Below are positions 18,500 to 28,600 of a stretch of 40,387 nucleotides of DNA, piece after piece. The DNA lies in IMG/VR virus record IMGVR_UViG_3300011423_000016, positions 1 through 40,387 of that record, one strand, 5' to 3'. The position numbers and the translations under genes were made by a program. Source of the DNA: a virus (taxonomy: Duplodnaviria > Caudoviricetes). Below the pieces are notes generated by a model. That model saw only the letters and a program-made list of their open reading frames with translations. It had not been told where the DNA came from and ran no database searches. How positions within the stretch are numbered: the stretch's first letter is position 1; every line of letters begins with the position of its first letter.

Positions 18500-19713
18500 T
18501 GAGTGGTAACGGACCAGCAGGATCGGCGTCGTATAGCGGATCGCACGTTGATGCGAACGTTAATGCAATGTTCAGTGGTTCGCGCTGGACAGGGAACAGT
18601 ATTAAGTGGAGCTATCCGGACTCGCCAGCGGAGTTTGAGTTCGGCGGCGCTAGCTATGCTAGTGGCGAAATGACGACGTTCGTGACGTTGAGTGGATCGC
18701 AACGAGCCTCCGTCGATGCGATGGTCGGACGGTACGCCTACGTTACGACGATGGGATATGGTCAGCTGGATGAGACGTCGAGCATTCACGCTGATATTAG
18801 GATCTCGCGCAGCAACTTGCCGTCAACGGCGTGGGGGTACTTTCCGGGTAACACGACGGAGGCGGGCGATATTTGGCTCGGCAATACGCGGTTCTCTATT
18901 GCGGCGTATTCTGACGGGACGTATGAAGGTACAGGAGTTCTGCACGAGCTTGGTCACGCGCACGGCTTGAAGCACAGTCACGAGGCGCCGGCGATGCCGA
19001 ATGCAACCTTCGATTGCCGCAGTTACACGATCATGAGCTACCACAGTTATCCGGGTAGCTCCATTGCGGCGCTGACGATTGCGACGGGACACCACCCGCA
19101 GGGTCCGATGGCGTTCGACTTTGAAGCGCTACATACGATGTACGGTAAGTCGACGGTCCTAGCTCCGGCGATTTATTCGTTCAACGCGTCGAATGGATGG
19201 ACGTACAGGGACGGTACGCCTTGGTTCTCCCCGACTGTGCCGTGCATTCATTGTTGTCTGTGGGAGCCGACGACCACTAATACGTTCGATGTTAGTAGTT
19301 CGAATGAGTTTGTAAACATCAACCTCAATCGACTCCAGTGGTCGACGTTCTTCGGTGCGATGGTCGCGAGTCTTGGCGGCGGAAATAATGCGCCCGGCAA
19401 CGTCTGTATGCCGTACAGCAACGATCCGTTTAAGTTCATCATCGCTGGCTCTGGTGGCGGCACGTTCACGTTCAATACGAATTTGACTGGCAATAAGATT
19501 ACGATACCAGGGCTTCGCAGCGCCTATACGTGGTCCGGCTCTGGTCGTAATTGGGCTGGAACACGTACGTCGGACTCGACGATGTATCTCTGTACTACGG
19601 TGGATTTCGTATCCTTCTCGGACGTGGCGAATGTGCCGGTGAGTGATTTGGTGGGTGGAACGCCGCCTACGATTGGTCCGAATTCGCGACAGGTTATATG
19701 GTCAACAACGTGA
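18499..19713 (+). CDS. Serralysin-like M10B zinc metalloprotease (metzincin)
   Basis: HELGHAHGLKH zinc motif (18943-18975), Met-turn TIMSY, AWGYFPG...GDIW, PMAFDFEALHTMYG; GGAG before ATG 18499. Confidence 0.88.
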   Translation: MSGNGPAGSASYSGSHVDANVNAMFSGSRWTGNSIKWSYPDSPAEFEFGGASYASGEMTTFVTLSGSQRASVDAMVGRYAYVTTMGYGQLDETSSIHADIRISRSNLPSTAWGYFPGNTTEAGDIWLGNTRFSIAAYSDGTYEGTGVLHELGHAHGLKHSHEAPAMPNATFDCRSYTIMSYHSYPGSSIAALTIATGHHPQGPMAFDFEALHTMYGKSTVLAPAIYSFNASNGWTYRDGTPWFSPTVPCIHCCLWEPTTTNTFDVSSSNEFVNINLNRLQWSTFFGAMVASLGGGNNAPGNVCMPYSNDPFKFIIAGSGGGTFTFNTNLTGNKITIPGLRSAYTWSGSGRNWAGTRTSDSTMYLCTTVDFVSFSDVANVPVSDLVGGTPPTIGPNSRQVIWSTT

Positions 19714-20027
19714 TTAAGGTGTCTGTCACATTATTGGCTTTTGCGCTTGCGCTGTTGGCGTTCGGCGTGTATCGCGCCGTCACGGCGGCGCAGGGTCAGG
19801 CGGCGATGCCGTGCTTCTTTCCGCAGGAGAAAGACCGATTAATCCAACTCGCGCATGAAGCAGTCGATGAAGCATACAAAGATCAGGTCAAGAGTCTGTT
19901 CGGCATTTGGGTTCGTGATCCTGCCGATCAACCGAGGCGCGCTGTGTCGGGTATGCAGATTAACATTTCTGCTTATGCTCGTGCTCGCGCTAACATCAGA
20001 CAGTGGGAGCCGGTGATATGTCAGTGA
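19698..20027 (+). CDS. Membrane-anchored or secreted hypothetical protein
   Basis: N-terminal hydrophobic helix, two Cys; alternative start at GTG 19710 (GTGA overlap). Confidence 0.75.
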   Translation: MVNNVIKVSVTLLAFALALLAFGVYRAVTAAQGQAAMPCFFPQEKDRLIQLAHEAVDEAYKDQVKSLFGIWVRDPADQPRRAVSGMQINISAYARARANIRQWEPVICQ

Positions 20028-20215
20028 AGATTTGTATGGCGATACTCGCGCTCGGATTGACCGACTGCCGGGGCGGTCAGTGGGTGTATCAGGAACAAGC
20101 GTTCGAGCGAAGTTGCCCGGGCGGCAAGGTCGTACAGGAGAAGCGCATTAGTGACGTGTTGGTGACGGGTAGGACTCGGAATACCGTGATACGCACTGAT
20201 GCGTGTCTGGATTGA
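20018..20215 (+). CDS. Small putative lipoprotein
   Basis: GGAG RBS; MSVKICMAILALGLTDC signal with a non-canonical lipobox; two further Cys. Confidence 0.55.
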   Translation: MSVKICMAILALGLTDCRGGQWVYQEQAFERSCPGGKVVQEKRISDVLVTGRTRNTVIRTDACLD

Positions 20216-20225
20216 GGAGGAAACG

Positions 20226-20447
20226 ATGGTCGCAGTAGCAATTAGCGTTCTGTGGTTCCTCATAGCACTCATACTGCTGTGTGGTGTAATCTACGTTGCG
20301 ATATGGGTGATTGAGCAGTTCATTACGCCCATTCCGGAGAAGGTCAAGCAAGGAGTGTGGGTCATAGTGTTGCTCCTCGCGCTCATTGCTCTAATTACGG
20401 CCGTCGCCGGAGGTGGCGGTCCACTGCACTTTCCCTCGTTACGATGA
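20226..20447 (+). CDS. Two-TM membrane protein (Thivi_2564-like; holin candidate)
   Basis: GAGGAGG RBS; two hydrophobic helices joined by FITPIPEKVK. Confidence 0.7.
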   Translation: MVAVAISVLWFLIALILLCGVIYVAIWVIEQFITPIPEKVKQGVWVIVLLLALIALITAVAGGGGPLHFPSLR

Positions 20448-20520
20448 GAGCAGAGTAGAACCACTTCCACCGATTCCGCCAGCGCCGCCGAGTATATGCA
20501 AAGGTGCTCCGGGATGTTGA
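20413..20520 (+). CDS. Possible Pro/Cys-rich micro-ORF (35 aa)
   Basis: GTG-start frame reading ...EPLPPIPPAPPSICKGAPGC*; fills the gap before 20545; RBS unclear. Confidence 0.35.
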   Translation: MAVHCTFPRYDESRVEPLPPIPPAPPSICKGAPGC

Positions 20521-20544
20521 GACGTCAACCACAAGGAGACTCGA

Positions 20545-20961
20545 ATGGACTTTACTGTGAAGATGTTGCCGCACGTTGGAGATAAGACCGTGTCGAAGGC
20601 CACGATTACGGTCCACGATGCGAATGGCATTCAGACCGGCGGTCAATACGTGTTGGAAGGTGAGACGGCGGAAACCCGCCTCACACTCGTACCGGGCGGC
20701 GAGATCCGGATAAAGGAGGCTGAGCGCCCGCTGGTGTACGATCAAGAGCAGAAGGCGGCAGTCCCGATGGATCTGACGCCGGACGATAAGTTGTCGGACC
20801 CCAATCGCCCAAAGCCGGGTCAACCGTTGCCGGGGGCCGCAGGAATGGGAAAAGCTCCGGAGGCGGGCCACGCCACGGCGTCTGGTTCCTCGATTAAGCC
20901 GAACAACGTCGTGGATACGAAGCCAGCTACGTCGCCGTTGCATCCTAACACGAAGAAGTAA
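20545..20961 (+). CDS. Hypothetical protein (138 aa)
   Basis: AAGGAG RBS; Pro/Lys-rich C-terminus. Confidence 0.8.
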   Translation: MDFTVKMLPHVGDKTVSKATITVHDANGIQTGGQYVLEGETAETRLTLVPGGEIRIKEAERPLVYDQEQKAAVPMDLTPDDKLSDPNRPKPGQPLPGAAGMGKAPEAGHATASGSSIKPNNVVDTKPATSPLHPNTKK

Positions 20962-20971
20962 GGAGACGGAA

Positions 20972-22573
20972 ATGCCAGTGGTCGAAATCAATGATTTGGC
21001 CAAAATCGGTCAAATCAATGATATAGCCGCCCATATGCTTCCCCCGGAGGCGTGGACGTTCGCGGAGAATATTCGCTACGAGCGTGGGGCACCGGCAGTG
21101 CTCGACGGTTGGCAGTGGGTATTCTACACGCCACTGGCACCGCCCCATTTCGCCCTCCCATTCAAGGGCGTGTCGCAGACGTGGTGGTTATATACGAGCA
21201 CCGATCGGGCGTTCGTCTTTGACGGAAACGTACACGCCGAGATTACTCGGGCCTCTGGCCCGTACTCTCCAACACTCACTGAAAACTGGAACGGCGTGGT
21301 GTTCGGTGGAACGCCGATATTGAATAACGGTCAGGACCCGCCGCAGATGTGGACCGGCGTTCCGACGTTGACGCTGAAGCTTCAGAATCTCACGGCGTGG
21401 CCCACGACGATGAGCGCGAAGATCCTACGGAACTTTAACAGTTACCTCGTGGCGTTCAACATTAAGGATACGACGTTTACGCCGAACCTACTTCCGCATC
21501 TGGTCCAGTGGTCGAATCCGGCCGGACCCGGCACGTTGCCGACAAGTTGGGAGTACGGCAATCCGGCAGTGGAGGGTGGACGGAAGGATTTGCCGGACGT
21601 GAATAGTGGCGAAATCCTTGAAGCAATGCAGCTCGGTAACACGATGTTCATCTACAAGGAGCGAAGCGTATGGAAGATGAGCTATATCGGGGGCCAATAC
21701 ATTTTTCAATTCGACCCATTTTTGACGGATACGGGGATACTGGCGCCTCGGTGCGTATGTATGGATTTGACTGGTACGAAACACGTAGTGGTGACGCAGG
21801 ACGATATTATTATTCACAACGGGAATACTACGCAAAGTATCCTCACGGATCGGCAACGTATTACATTGTTTGCGACTCTTAATAAGGACGAGGCGCATAC
21901 GAGTTTCTTGTTCCTCAATAAGGCCAAGGACGAAATTTGGTTCTGTTTTCCAGAGGCCGGACGGCTACAGCCAACGCGAGCGTTGATTTGGAACGCCAAG
22001 AACGGAGTTGGTGCGATTAGCTACGCGCCCGGCATTACGTTCCGCAATGCGGCGCTAGGCGACGTTCAGGGCGTTGACCCGGAGGCGTGGTCAGACGGGA
22101 CGGATTTGTGGGAGGAAGATACGGGTCCGTGGTCCCAGGTGTTCCGCCAGAAAATCGTATTGTGTGCGCCGGACTTTACGAAGTTCTATCAGCTGGACCT
22201 TGGAACGACGCGGGATGGTGTACCGTTCGCGCCGATTCTGATCCGGGAAGATCTCGGTGTGGTGGGGATGAAACGTAGTGGGGAGTTGATAAACGACTTC
22301 AAACAGATGAAGATGGTGGACTCCGTCTGGCCGAAGTTGTCCGGTGCGCCGATCAAGCTCCGGGTGGGATTCCGTCAGTTGGTGGGCGGGACGCTGACGT
22401 GGCAGGACTACACGACGTTCGACCCAGCCACCGATCTATGGGTCAACACTATCGTCAACGAAAACCTCCCCGGCTGCGGGAAGGCCGTTAGTATTGAGTT
22501 CTCTGCCACGACGGCTGCACCGTGGCGGCTCGATGGGTACTCGATGAACGTCGAAGTGATTGGACCGTATTGA
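20972..22573 (+). CDS. Tail tubular protein B / nozzle (DNA stabilisation protein-like)
   Basis: 533-aa beta-rich protein with propeller-like spacing; AAGGAG RBS; precedes the ejection-protein genes. Confidence 0.75.
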   Translation: MPVVEINDLAKIGQINDIAAHMLPPEAWTFAENIRYERGAPAVLDGWQWVFYTPLAPPHFALPFKGVSQTWWLYTSTDRAFVFDGNVHAEITRASGPYSPTLTENWNGVVFGGTPILNNGQDPPQMWTGVPTLTLKLQNLTAWPTTMSAKILRNFNSYLVAFNIKDTTFTPNLLPHLVQWSNPAGPGTLPTSWEYGNPAVEGGRKDLPDVNSGEILEAMQLGNTMFIYKERSVWKMSYIGGQYIFQFDPFLTDTGILAPRCVCMDLTGTKHVVVTQDDIIIHNGNTTQSILTDRQRITLFATLNKDEAHTSFLFLNKAKDEIWFCFPEAGRLQPTRALIWNAKNGVGAISYAPGITFRNAALGDVQGVDPEAWSDGTDLWEEDTGPWSQVFRQKIVLCAPDFTKFYQLDLGTTRDGVPFAPILIREDLGVVGMKRSGELINDFKQMKMVDSVWPKLSGAPIKLRVGFRQLVGGTLTWQDYTTFDPATDLWVNTIVNENLPGCGKAVSIEFSATTAAPWRLDGYSMNVEVIGPY

Positions 22574-22821
22574 TGCCATATATTCCTACGCAGTGCCCGG
22601 CGGACGTTGATACGGATGGACTCCGTCGGTGGGTACAGGATGAGTTCCTTCGTATCGCACAGGCGACGGCGGTCGTGGACGGTGTGACGTTCAACGTCAC
22701 CTATGCACCCCCAACGTTTCTTGTAGATGGCATGACGGTGTTCGCGGACGGAACGGATTGGAATCCGGGCGGCGGACGCGGGTTGTATCAACGGACGGGT
22801 GGCGTATGGGTAAAGTTGTGA
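22573..22821 (+). CDS. Small tail-associated protein (82 aa)
   Basis: TGATG coupling; DGMTVFADGTDWNPGGGRGLY...WVKL. Confidence 0.7.
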   Translation: MPYIPTQCPADVDTDGLRRWVQDEFLRIAQATAVVDGVTFNVTYAPPTFLVDGMTVFADGTDWNPGGGRGLYQRTGGVWVKL

Positions 22822-23279
22822 GCGTCGAGACGGTGACGGCGAAGCCGCAGCGTTGCGTGATGACGTTGTTCACGGTGGACGAATTCTGCATGTTCTGGCC
22901 ACAACTCGAAGAGATGCTAGACAGCGTTCCCCATACGTGGCGGCGATGGACGAAGAATGCCATTTACGATGCGTGCGTCGATGGGCGAATGCAGTTGTGG
23001 GGAATTGGTCCGCCGCCAACGGCGATCATGGTGATACTCACGATGGTCAATGTGTTCCCCGCGATGCGCGTACTAACGCTGTTCTGGACAGGTGGGACGT
23101 TGACGGAGGACATGCCGGGAATCGTCGAGACGGTGTTCACAGAGTATGCGAGGATACAGAAGTGTGATGAGGCCGAAGTGTTGGGACGCTTTGGTTGGGA
23201 GCCGATCATGCTCAAGCACGGATTCCGTAAGGAGGGTGTGTTCTTGACGCGCACCATTCACCAGTCAAAAGTACATTAG
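22806..23279 (+). CDS. GNAT-like tail assembly / internal virion protein
   Basis: C-terminal EVLGRFGW.....GF pattern; position between nozzle and ejection proteins; start at 22806 or GTG 22818. Confidence 0.6.
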   Translation: MGKVVSVETVTAKPQRCVMTLFTVDEFCMFWPQLEEMLDSVPHTWRRWTKNAIYDACVDGRMQLWGIGPPPTAIMVILTMVNVFPAMRVLTLFWTGGTLTEDMPGIVETVFTEYARIQKCDEAEVLGRFGWEPIMLKHGFRKEGVFLTRTIHQSKVH

Positions 23280-23292
23280 AGAGGATACTTCG

Positions 23293-24150
23293 ATGGGTGG
23301 CGGTTCTAAGGAACAGAAGCAAACTACGACGTATGAATTGTCGCCAGAACAGCGCCAGCTGATGAATCTTGCGATGCCGGGCGTCACGAGTTTCGCGGCG
23401 AGCGTACCGAAGCAGTATCCCGGCTCGACGATTGCGGGGTTCGATCCCAGTCAGGTGGCGGGACAGGAGGAGGCGCTTCGAGCTTCTGGACGCCAAAACG
23501 CTCTTGCTGGCTTAGGATCTGGAACTACGGCTGAATGGCTCAATTCAAGAGCGCTCGACGTACAGAACGATCCAATCGTCCAAGGTTCGATTGATGCGGC
23601 CACACGCCCGCTGTATGAGAATCTAGAACGGAAGGCGTTACCGGGGATTCGCGATTCGGCGGAACGAACGAACAACTTTGGTAGCTCTCGTCAGGGTATA
23701 GCCGAAGGCCTCGCCATTGGAGAGACGGGGAAGGCCGCGGGCGATGTGGGGTCGAAGATCGCAAGTGACGCCTATGCGACGAAGGTCAATGCGCAACTGA
23801 AGGCGCTGGGACTGCTACCACAGACGCAGGCGACGCAGCCCGTCGGAGCGTATACGGAGTCGGGCGTCGGTGATGTGCGGCAGGGAATGACACAGTCGTT
23901 GCTGAGCGAAAATGTCAACAAATATATGTACGATCAACTTGCGCCGTTCCTCCAGTCGAAGGAAATCATGGCGATGTTGAGTGGCATTCCGGGTGGTAGT
24001 ACGACTACCACCGCCACGATGCCACAGCAGAACAAGTTACTCGGTGCGTTGGGAGGTGCCGCGTCGGGCGCTTCCCTTGGCTCGATGTTTGGCCCGATGG
24101 GCATGGGCGTCGGCGGCGGACTCGGCGCGTTACTTTCATTCCTCGGATAG
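23293..24150 (+). CDS. DNA ejection / internal virion protein
   Basis: MGGGSK start; FGSSRQGIAEG; C-terminal glycine zipper GALGGAASGASLG...GGGLGALL. Confidence 0.75.
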   Translation: MGGGSKEQKQTTTYELSPEQRQLMNLAMPGVTSFAASVPKQYPGSTIAGFDPSQVAGQEEALRASGRQNALAGLGSGTTAEWLNSRALDVQNDPIVQGSIDAATRPLYENLERKALPGIRDSAERTNNFGSSRQGIAEGLAIGETGKAAGDVGSKIASDAYATKVNAQLKALGLLPQTQATQPVGAYTESGVGDVRQGMTQSLLSENVNKYMYDQLAPFLQSKEIMAMLSGIPGGSTTTTATMPQQNKLLGALGGAASGASLGSMFGPMGMGVGGGLGALLSFLG

Positions 24151-24159
24151 GAGACGATA

Positions 24160-24834
24160 ATGGGACTCTTTGATTTTGGCGGCGGTGGTGGTTTCGCTGG
24201 TGGCGAGTTCGGAAATGTGGCGAATTTGCTGGATTTCCTCAATCCGATCGCTCCGGCGGCAGCAGCGGATGGTCCGGGCATGGCTGGAATGACACCAGAG
24301 CAGCTACAGCTTATGCAGGATAAGTTGCTCAATTCGCCAGCGGCGCAGGGGCTTCGAGAGCAATTTCAAGGAACCGGAGTGACGCCGCCTGTGGCGGATC
24401 AAGGACTCACTCCGACGCCCGTGCAGACAGTTCCAATCACAAGGCCGCCAGTCGTGCCGACGTTGGGTACTCCGCCGTCGAGCCCAACGACGCCGCGGCT
24501 GCCGCAGGCGACACCGCTCGACATCGCGCAGAACGAGGCGGAGCAGCGACCGAAGCTCGGCGCAGCGTTGACTGGAAACGAAACGCCTCCGGCGGAGACA
24601 GCAGCAACGTCGCCTGCGACGGATTTTAGTGCGAAGGCCAAAGATCCTGCAACACTCGCTCAGGCTCTACGCGGTGTCACGGCGCCGAGAGCGCCGGAGT
24701 TGCAACGGATCAGCTCTCCGAATGCGCCGCGGCCAACGAACACGATTAAAGGCGGCGATCTTCAGGCACTCCTGCTGGCGCTCAACGCGATGGGTTCTGG
24801 TACAGCGCCGAAGGTTCCAGTGTTAGGGAAGTAG
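24160..24834 (+). CDS. Putative internal virion protein (Pro/Thr-rich)
   Basis: AGGAG RBS; position in the ejection cluster. Confidence 0.65.
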   Translation: MGLFDFGGGGGFAGGEFGNVANLLDFLNPIAPAAAADGPGMAGMTPEQLQLMQDKLLNSPAAQGLREQFQGTGVTPPVADQGLTPTPVQTVPITRPPVVPTLGTPPSSPTTPRLPQATPLDIAQNEAEQRPKLGAALTGNETPPAETAATSPATDFSAKAKDPATLAQALRGVTAPRAPELQRISSPNAPRPTNTIKGGDLQALLLALNAMGSGTAPKVPVLGK

Positions 24835-24843
24835 GAGGGTCTG

Positions 24844-25644
24844 ATGGCTAGCTTTGGAGCAAACTTTACCGGGCAGAACGACGAAGAACAGCCTTTGAAG
24901 AACATCGTTAGTGGTGCAGGTCCGGCGCTCAACCGTGCCATCTTCGATGATCCCGCGTCGCGGGCGGCGTTGCTTCAGATTGGCCTGGGCCTCATGCAGC
25001 CGATGGCGATAGGGCAGGGCTTTAGTGGTCATCTGGCACAGGGTATTGGCGGCGGTGGTGAGTTGGTGAGTCGGCTGGAGGAGTCTGACCTGAAGCGTGA
25101 GCTTGGCGAGTCGAAGATTGCTGAGTTGGAACGTCGGAATGACATTGCACAGCAGCGCGCGGACACGTATGCGGCCCGCGCGGAACAGGACCAGAGTACG
25201 GGCATTACGGCTACGCTCCAGCGCGCCGCCGAGCAGAAGCGACGTGATGATGCGATTGAGAAAAAGAAGGCCCGCGACAAGCAGATCGCTGAGGACGCGA
25301 AGCAAATTCACGGTGAGGTCAATACGATCTTGAAAGACAAAATGCTTCCGCCGGGCTATGAGGACTACGAGAGGTTTCGTGGAAAGACTCCGCGGCAGAT
25401 TCGTGAAATGCTCACGGCGGAAGAAGAAGCGAAGTATGGGCCAATCGAGATTCCTGATTATCCCACGCTCAAGCCGACGATCCGAGGTCCGCGAGGCGCA
25501 GCACCGGCGACAGCCGCGCCAGCGGTACCGGCTGCTCCTCTCGCCGGCGCTCGGAAGGGAGCGGACGGGAATATGTACGTGCCAGATCCGAATCGTCCCG
25601 GCAAGTGGATGAAGGTTGTTGATGAACCAGTAGTTCCGGAGTGA
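24844..25644 (+). CDS. Putative internal virion/ejection protein with coiled coil
   Basis: AGGAGG RBS; LLQIGLGLM hydrophobic segment; charged coiled coil. Confidence 0.65.
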   Translation: MASFGANFTGQNDEEQPLKNIVSGAGPALNRAIFDDPASRAALLQIGLGLMQPMAIGQGFSGHLAQGIGGGGELVSRLEESDLKRELGESKIAELERRNDIAQQRADTYAARAEQDQSTGITATLQRAAEQKRRDDAIEKKKARDKQIAEDAKQIHGEVNTILKDKMLPPGYEDYERFRGKTPRQIREMLTAEEEAKYGPIEIPDYPTLKPTIRGPRGAAPATAAPAVPAAPLAGARKGADGNMYVPDPNRPGKWMKVVDEPVVPE

Positions 25645-25649
25645 TGTGA

Positions 25650-28600
25650 ATGCCGAGGCTTGAGCCAGTCGATTACGACCCGTTCGCTGCCAAGCCGCCG
25701 CCCCGGCTGGAACCCGTTGATTACGACCCGTTTACCGCGCAACCGCAGTCCACCGCCCCCGTACCTTCGGGGCAAGAAAGTGTTCCATTGCCACGGCCAC
25801 GACCGGCTGAAGCGCCCCAACCGCCGGTTGAAACGGTGGCGAGCGCCCCAATCGGGGCGGCGACCGTTCTAGGGACGGATGAGCCAATGGTCGGACCGAA
25901 GGTGCCGGTTCCTGACGTAGCGCCGCTGGATGATGTAAAGCCGCGGTCGAAACCGTGGGCGCTCAGTCGTGGATTCTGGACTGGAATGACGGATCAGAAT
26001 CCAGAGTTGGCGGCGCAGACACTTGAGGGTATGGCGCATTTAGCACCGGAGAGCTTCAAAGAGACGCTGATGAATGCGTCGAAGAACGTCAATGAACTTC
26101 GCTCGGTATCGCCTGACTATAAGCCCGAAGCGAAAAGTATGTGGAATGTTCGCAATCGGGCTGAAGCCCTTACGTGGGCGGGCGAGACGATTGGTCAGGG
26201 ATTGTCGTCAAGCGTTCCGTCGATAGCGTTAGGACTCGCTGGTGCCGCCATTGGTGGAGCGACGAGTGGTCCAGTTGGAGCTACCGTCGGTGGAGTTGGC
26301 GGCGCTGCCGTGCCGTCGGCAGGACTGAATTATGGCGAAGTGTACAAAGCGTTGAAGGATGAGAAGGTCGATCCGAAGGAGGCGGCGAAGTGGGCAGCTG
26401 CCGCCACCGTTCCCATTACGATGCTCGATATGGCGTCGTTGGGACCCATCATTGGTAAGTTGGGATTTGGTGCCGTCAGACAGGAACTCGCTCGTGGTAT
26501 TGCGAAGCGGGTTGCCGTTGAGATTGCCAAGGGTTCTGGTCGTGAAGGCATAACGGAGGCGATGCAGGAGGGCATTAAAGACGCTACCGTCTCGATGAAG
26601 AGTGATAAGAAGTTCTTCACGCCCGAGACGGCGATGGGAATCATTGAGTCCGGCGTCGGTGGTGCTCTAACGGGCGGTGTGATGAGCGCCCCGGCAGGGA
26701 TTCCAGGCGGCAAGACCAGAACGACGAACGTTGGACCCGACGGCGTTCCGATCCCCGAAGGGGCGGGCGTTACGCCGGAGCAAATTCAACAGCAGGTTGC
26801 GGCGGCGGGCGTGACGGGGCTCATCAATACTCCGGCTGATCCGCCACCGCCCGGCGGTCCAATGACCGTCAATGTAGGTGGAACGCCTACGACGGTTCAG
26901 ACGGACCCTGTCAGTCCTCCCGGAACGGTGCCACCCACGGTTGTTCCAAGCGAGGACGGCGTCGTTACGACGGTGGCGGTGGACCCGGGCGTTGGCGTTC
27001 ATCCGACTGTGACGAGCGAGGTAGGGAGCGTTCCGAATGTGGAGCCGACGGCGGAAGTTAAGGCGGATACTATTGGTTCCGCACCTGCTGAGGGATTCTA
27101 CTCACGAGTTTTCAACTACGTTCAAGAGAAAGGTCCGACTCGTGCGACGGCGCAGCGGTGGATGGCGTGGGTCAGACGTGGCGAGTTTACGCAAGAGGAA
27201 GTGAATGATCTTGGATTGAACAATTACCTGAAAGGTATCGGTCCGCGGGAGAAGATTACGAAGCAGGACGTGCTGGCGCATCTTGACCAGAACGCCATTA
27301 CGTTGGAGGAAATTGAGCGGCGTCCATTGAGTGACAACGAGCGTGACCAGAAAAGAGAAGAAATTTGGATGAATCTGCAAGGTGCTGCACAAGGCGATCC
27401 GAGTATGGTGCAGCCGCTCGGCACGACTTGGCAGTACAATCAGGAACATCCGGTAGTTACACAAGCGATGGCGCAGTTGAATCAACTAGATGACATCGCG
27501 AACTGGACGCAATACGAGCGATGGACTACGCCGGGTCGGCGCGAAGCGTATGTCGAACTCACGATGCACACGCCGAAGCGGATTACGCAGGCCGTGCAGG
27601 AGACTATCCCGGAGCCACAAGGCGAGGTCAGATACGATCCACATGGCGATCCGAGGTATCCTTGGGTCGCTATTGTTAATGGTCATGAGTTCAATCGAAC
27701 CACTCGCGAAGAAGTAGCGCACGGCGAATTAGAAGAAGGGCTTGCGCTGGCTCGTCAGAATAACAATAAGGGTTTTCGTGAGTTCACTGGTAGCCACTAC
27801 GGAGTGCCGGGCGAACTGTTCACCATGCGCGTCACGATCCGGCGCACGAAGCAGGGACAGCCGATGGCCGTCCTTGAGGAGCTTCAGAGTGACATTCAAC
27901 AGAGGGCTAAGAAGGTTGGCGTATTGAAGCCTAATCCGAGCTACGGCTACGTGCCGAGTCTGCCGTTCAAACAGTCGTGGCAGGCGTTGGGCTTCAATCG
28001 GTTCCTCATGTGGGCCGCCGAGCGCGGTATTCGCCACGTTGCGTGGGCCAGCGCCGCCGAGCAGATGCGGCGTTATCCCGGCGGCACTACGAAGGAGGAA
28101 CAGATTCGTCGTCGTGGCATGGAACAGTTTTATGACCGCGAGATGCTCGGCATGGCCAAGAAGTGGCAGAAACGGGTCGGCGCTACGTTGGGTTATCAGG
28201 AAGTTGGGGGAAGTAAATATACGATACAGCCCGGTCGTCCCGGTGGTGCCGCCTTCGAAATCATTGATGTGAATAATCCGGGTCCGCGCCCGGCGGGGAT
28301 TGCGTACTCGTATGAGAATGCACAAGAATTCGTTGCGCGTAATCAAGACCCTCCTACGATGTTCCGGGCGTTGACGATTCCGGAGACTGGCATCGACTAC
28401 ATCGCACAGGGTATGCCGACCCACGCGAAGGAACCTGTTCCGACGCAAGGAACGGTCGAGGTTGAGACGAGCAGTGGCGTGAGTCCGCTGGCGATCCAAC
28501 AGGCCGAACCACTCCGTAAAGCGCTGGAGGACATGATCCGACAGCTCAACGTCAATGTGCCCATTACGGTCAAGCTGATGGGCAACAGCGTCACGAAGCC

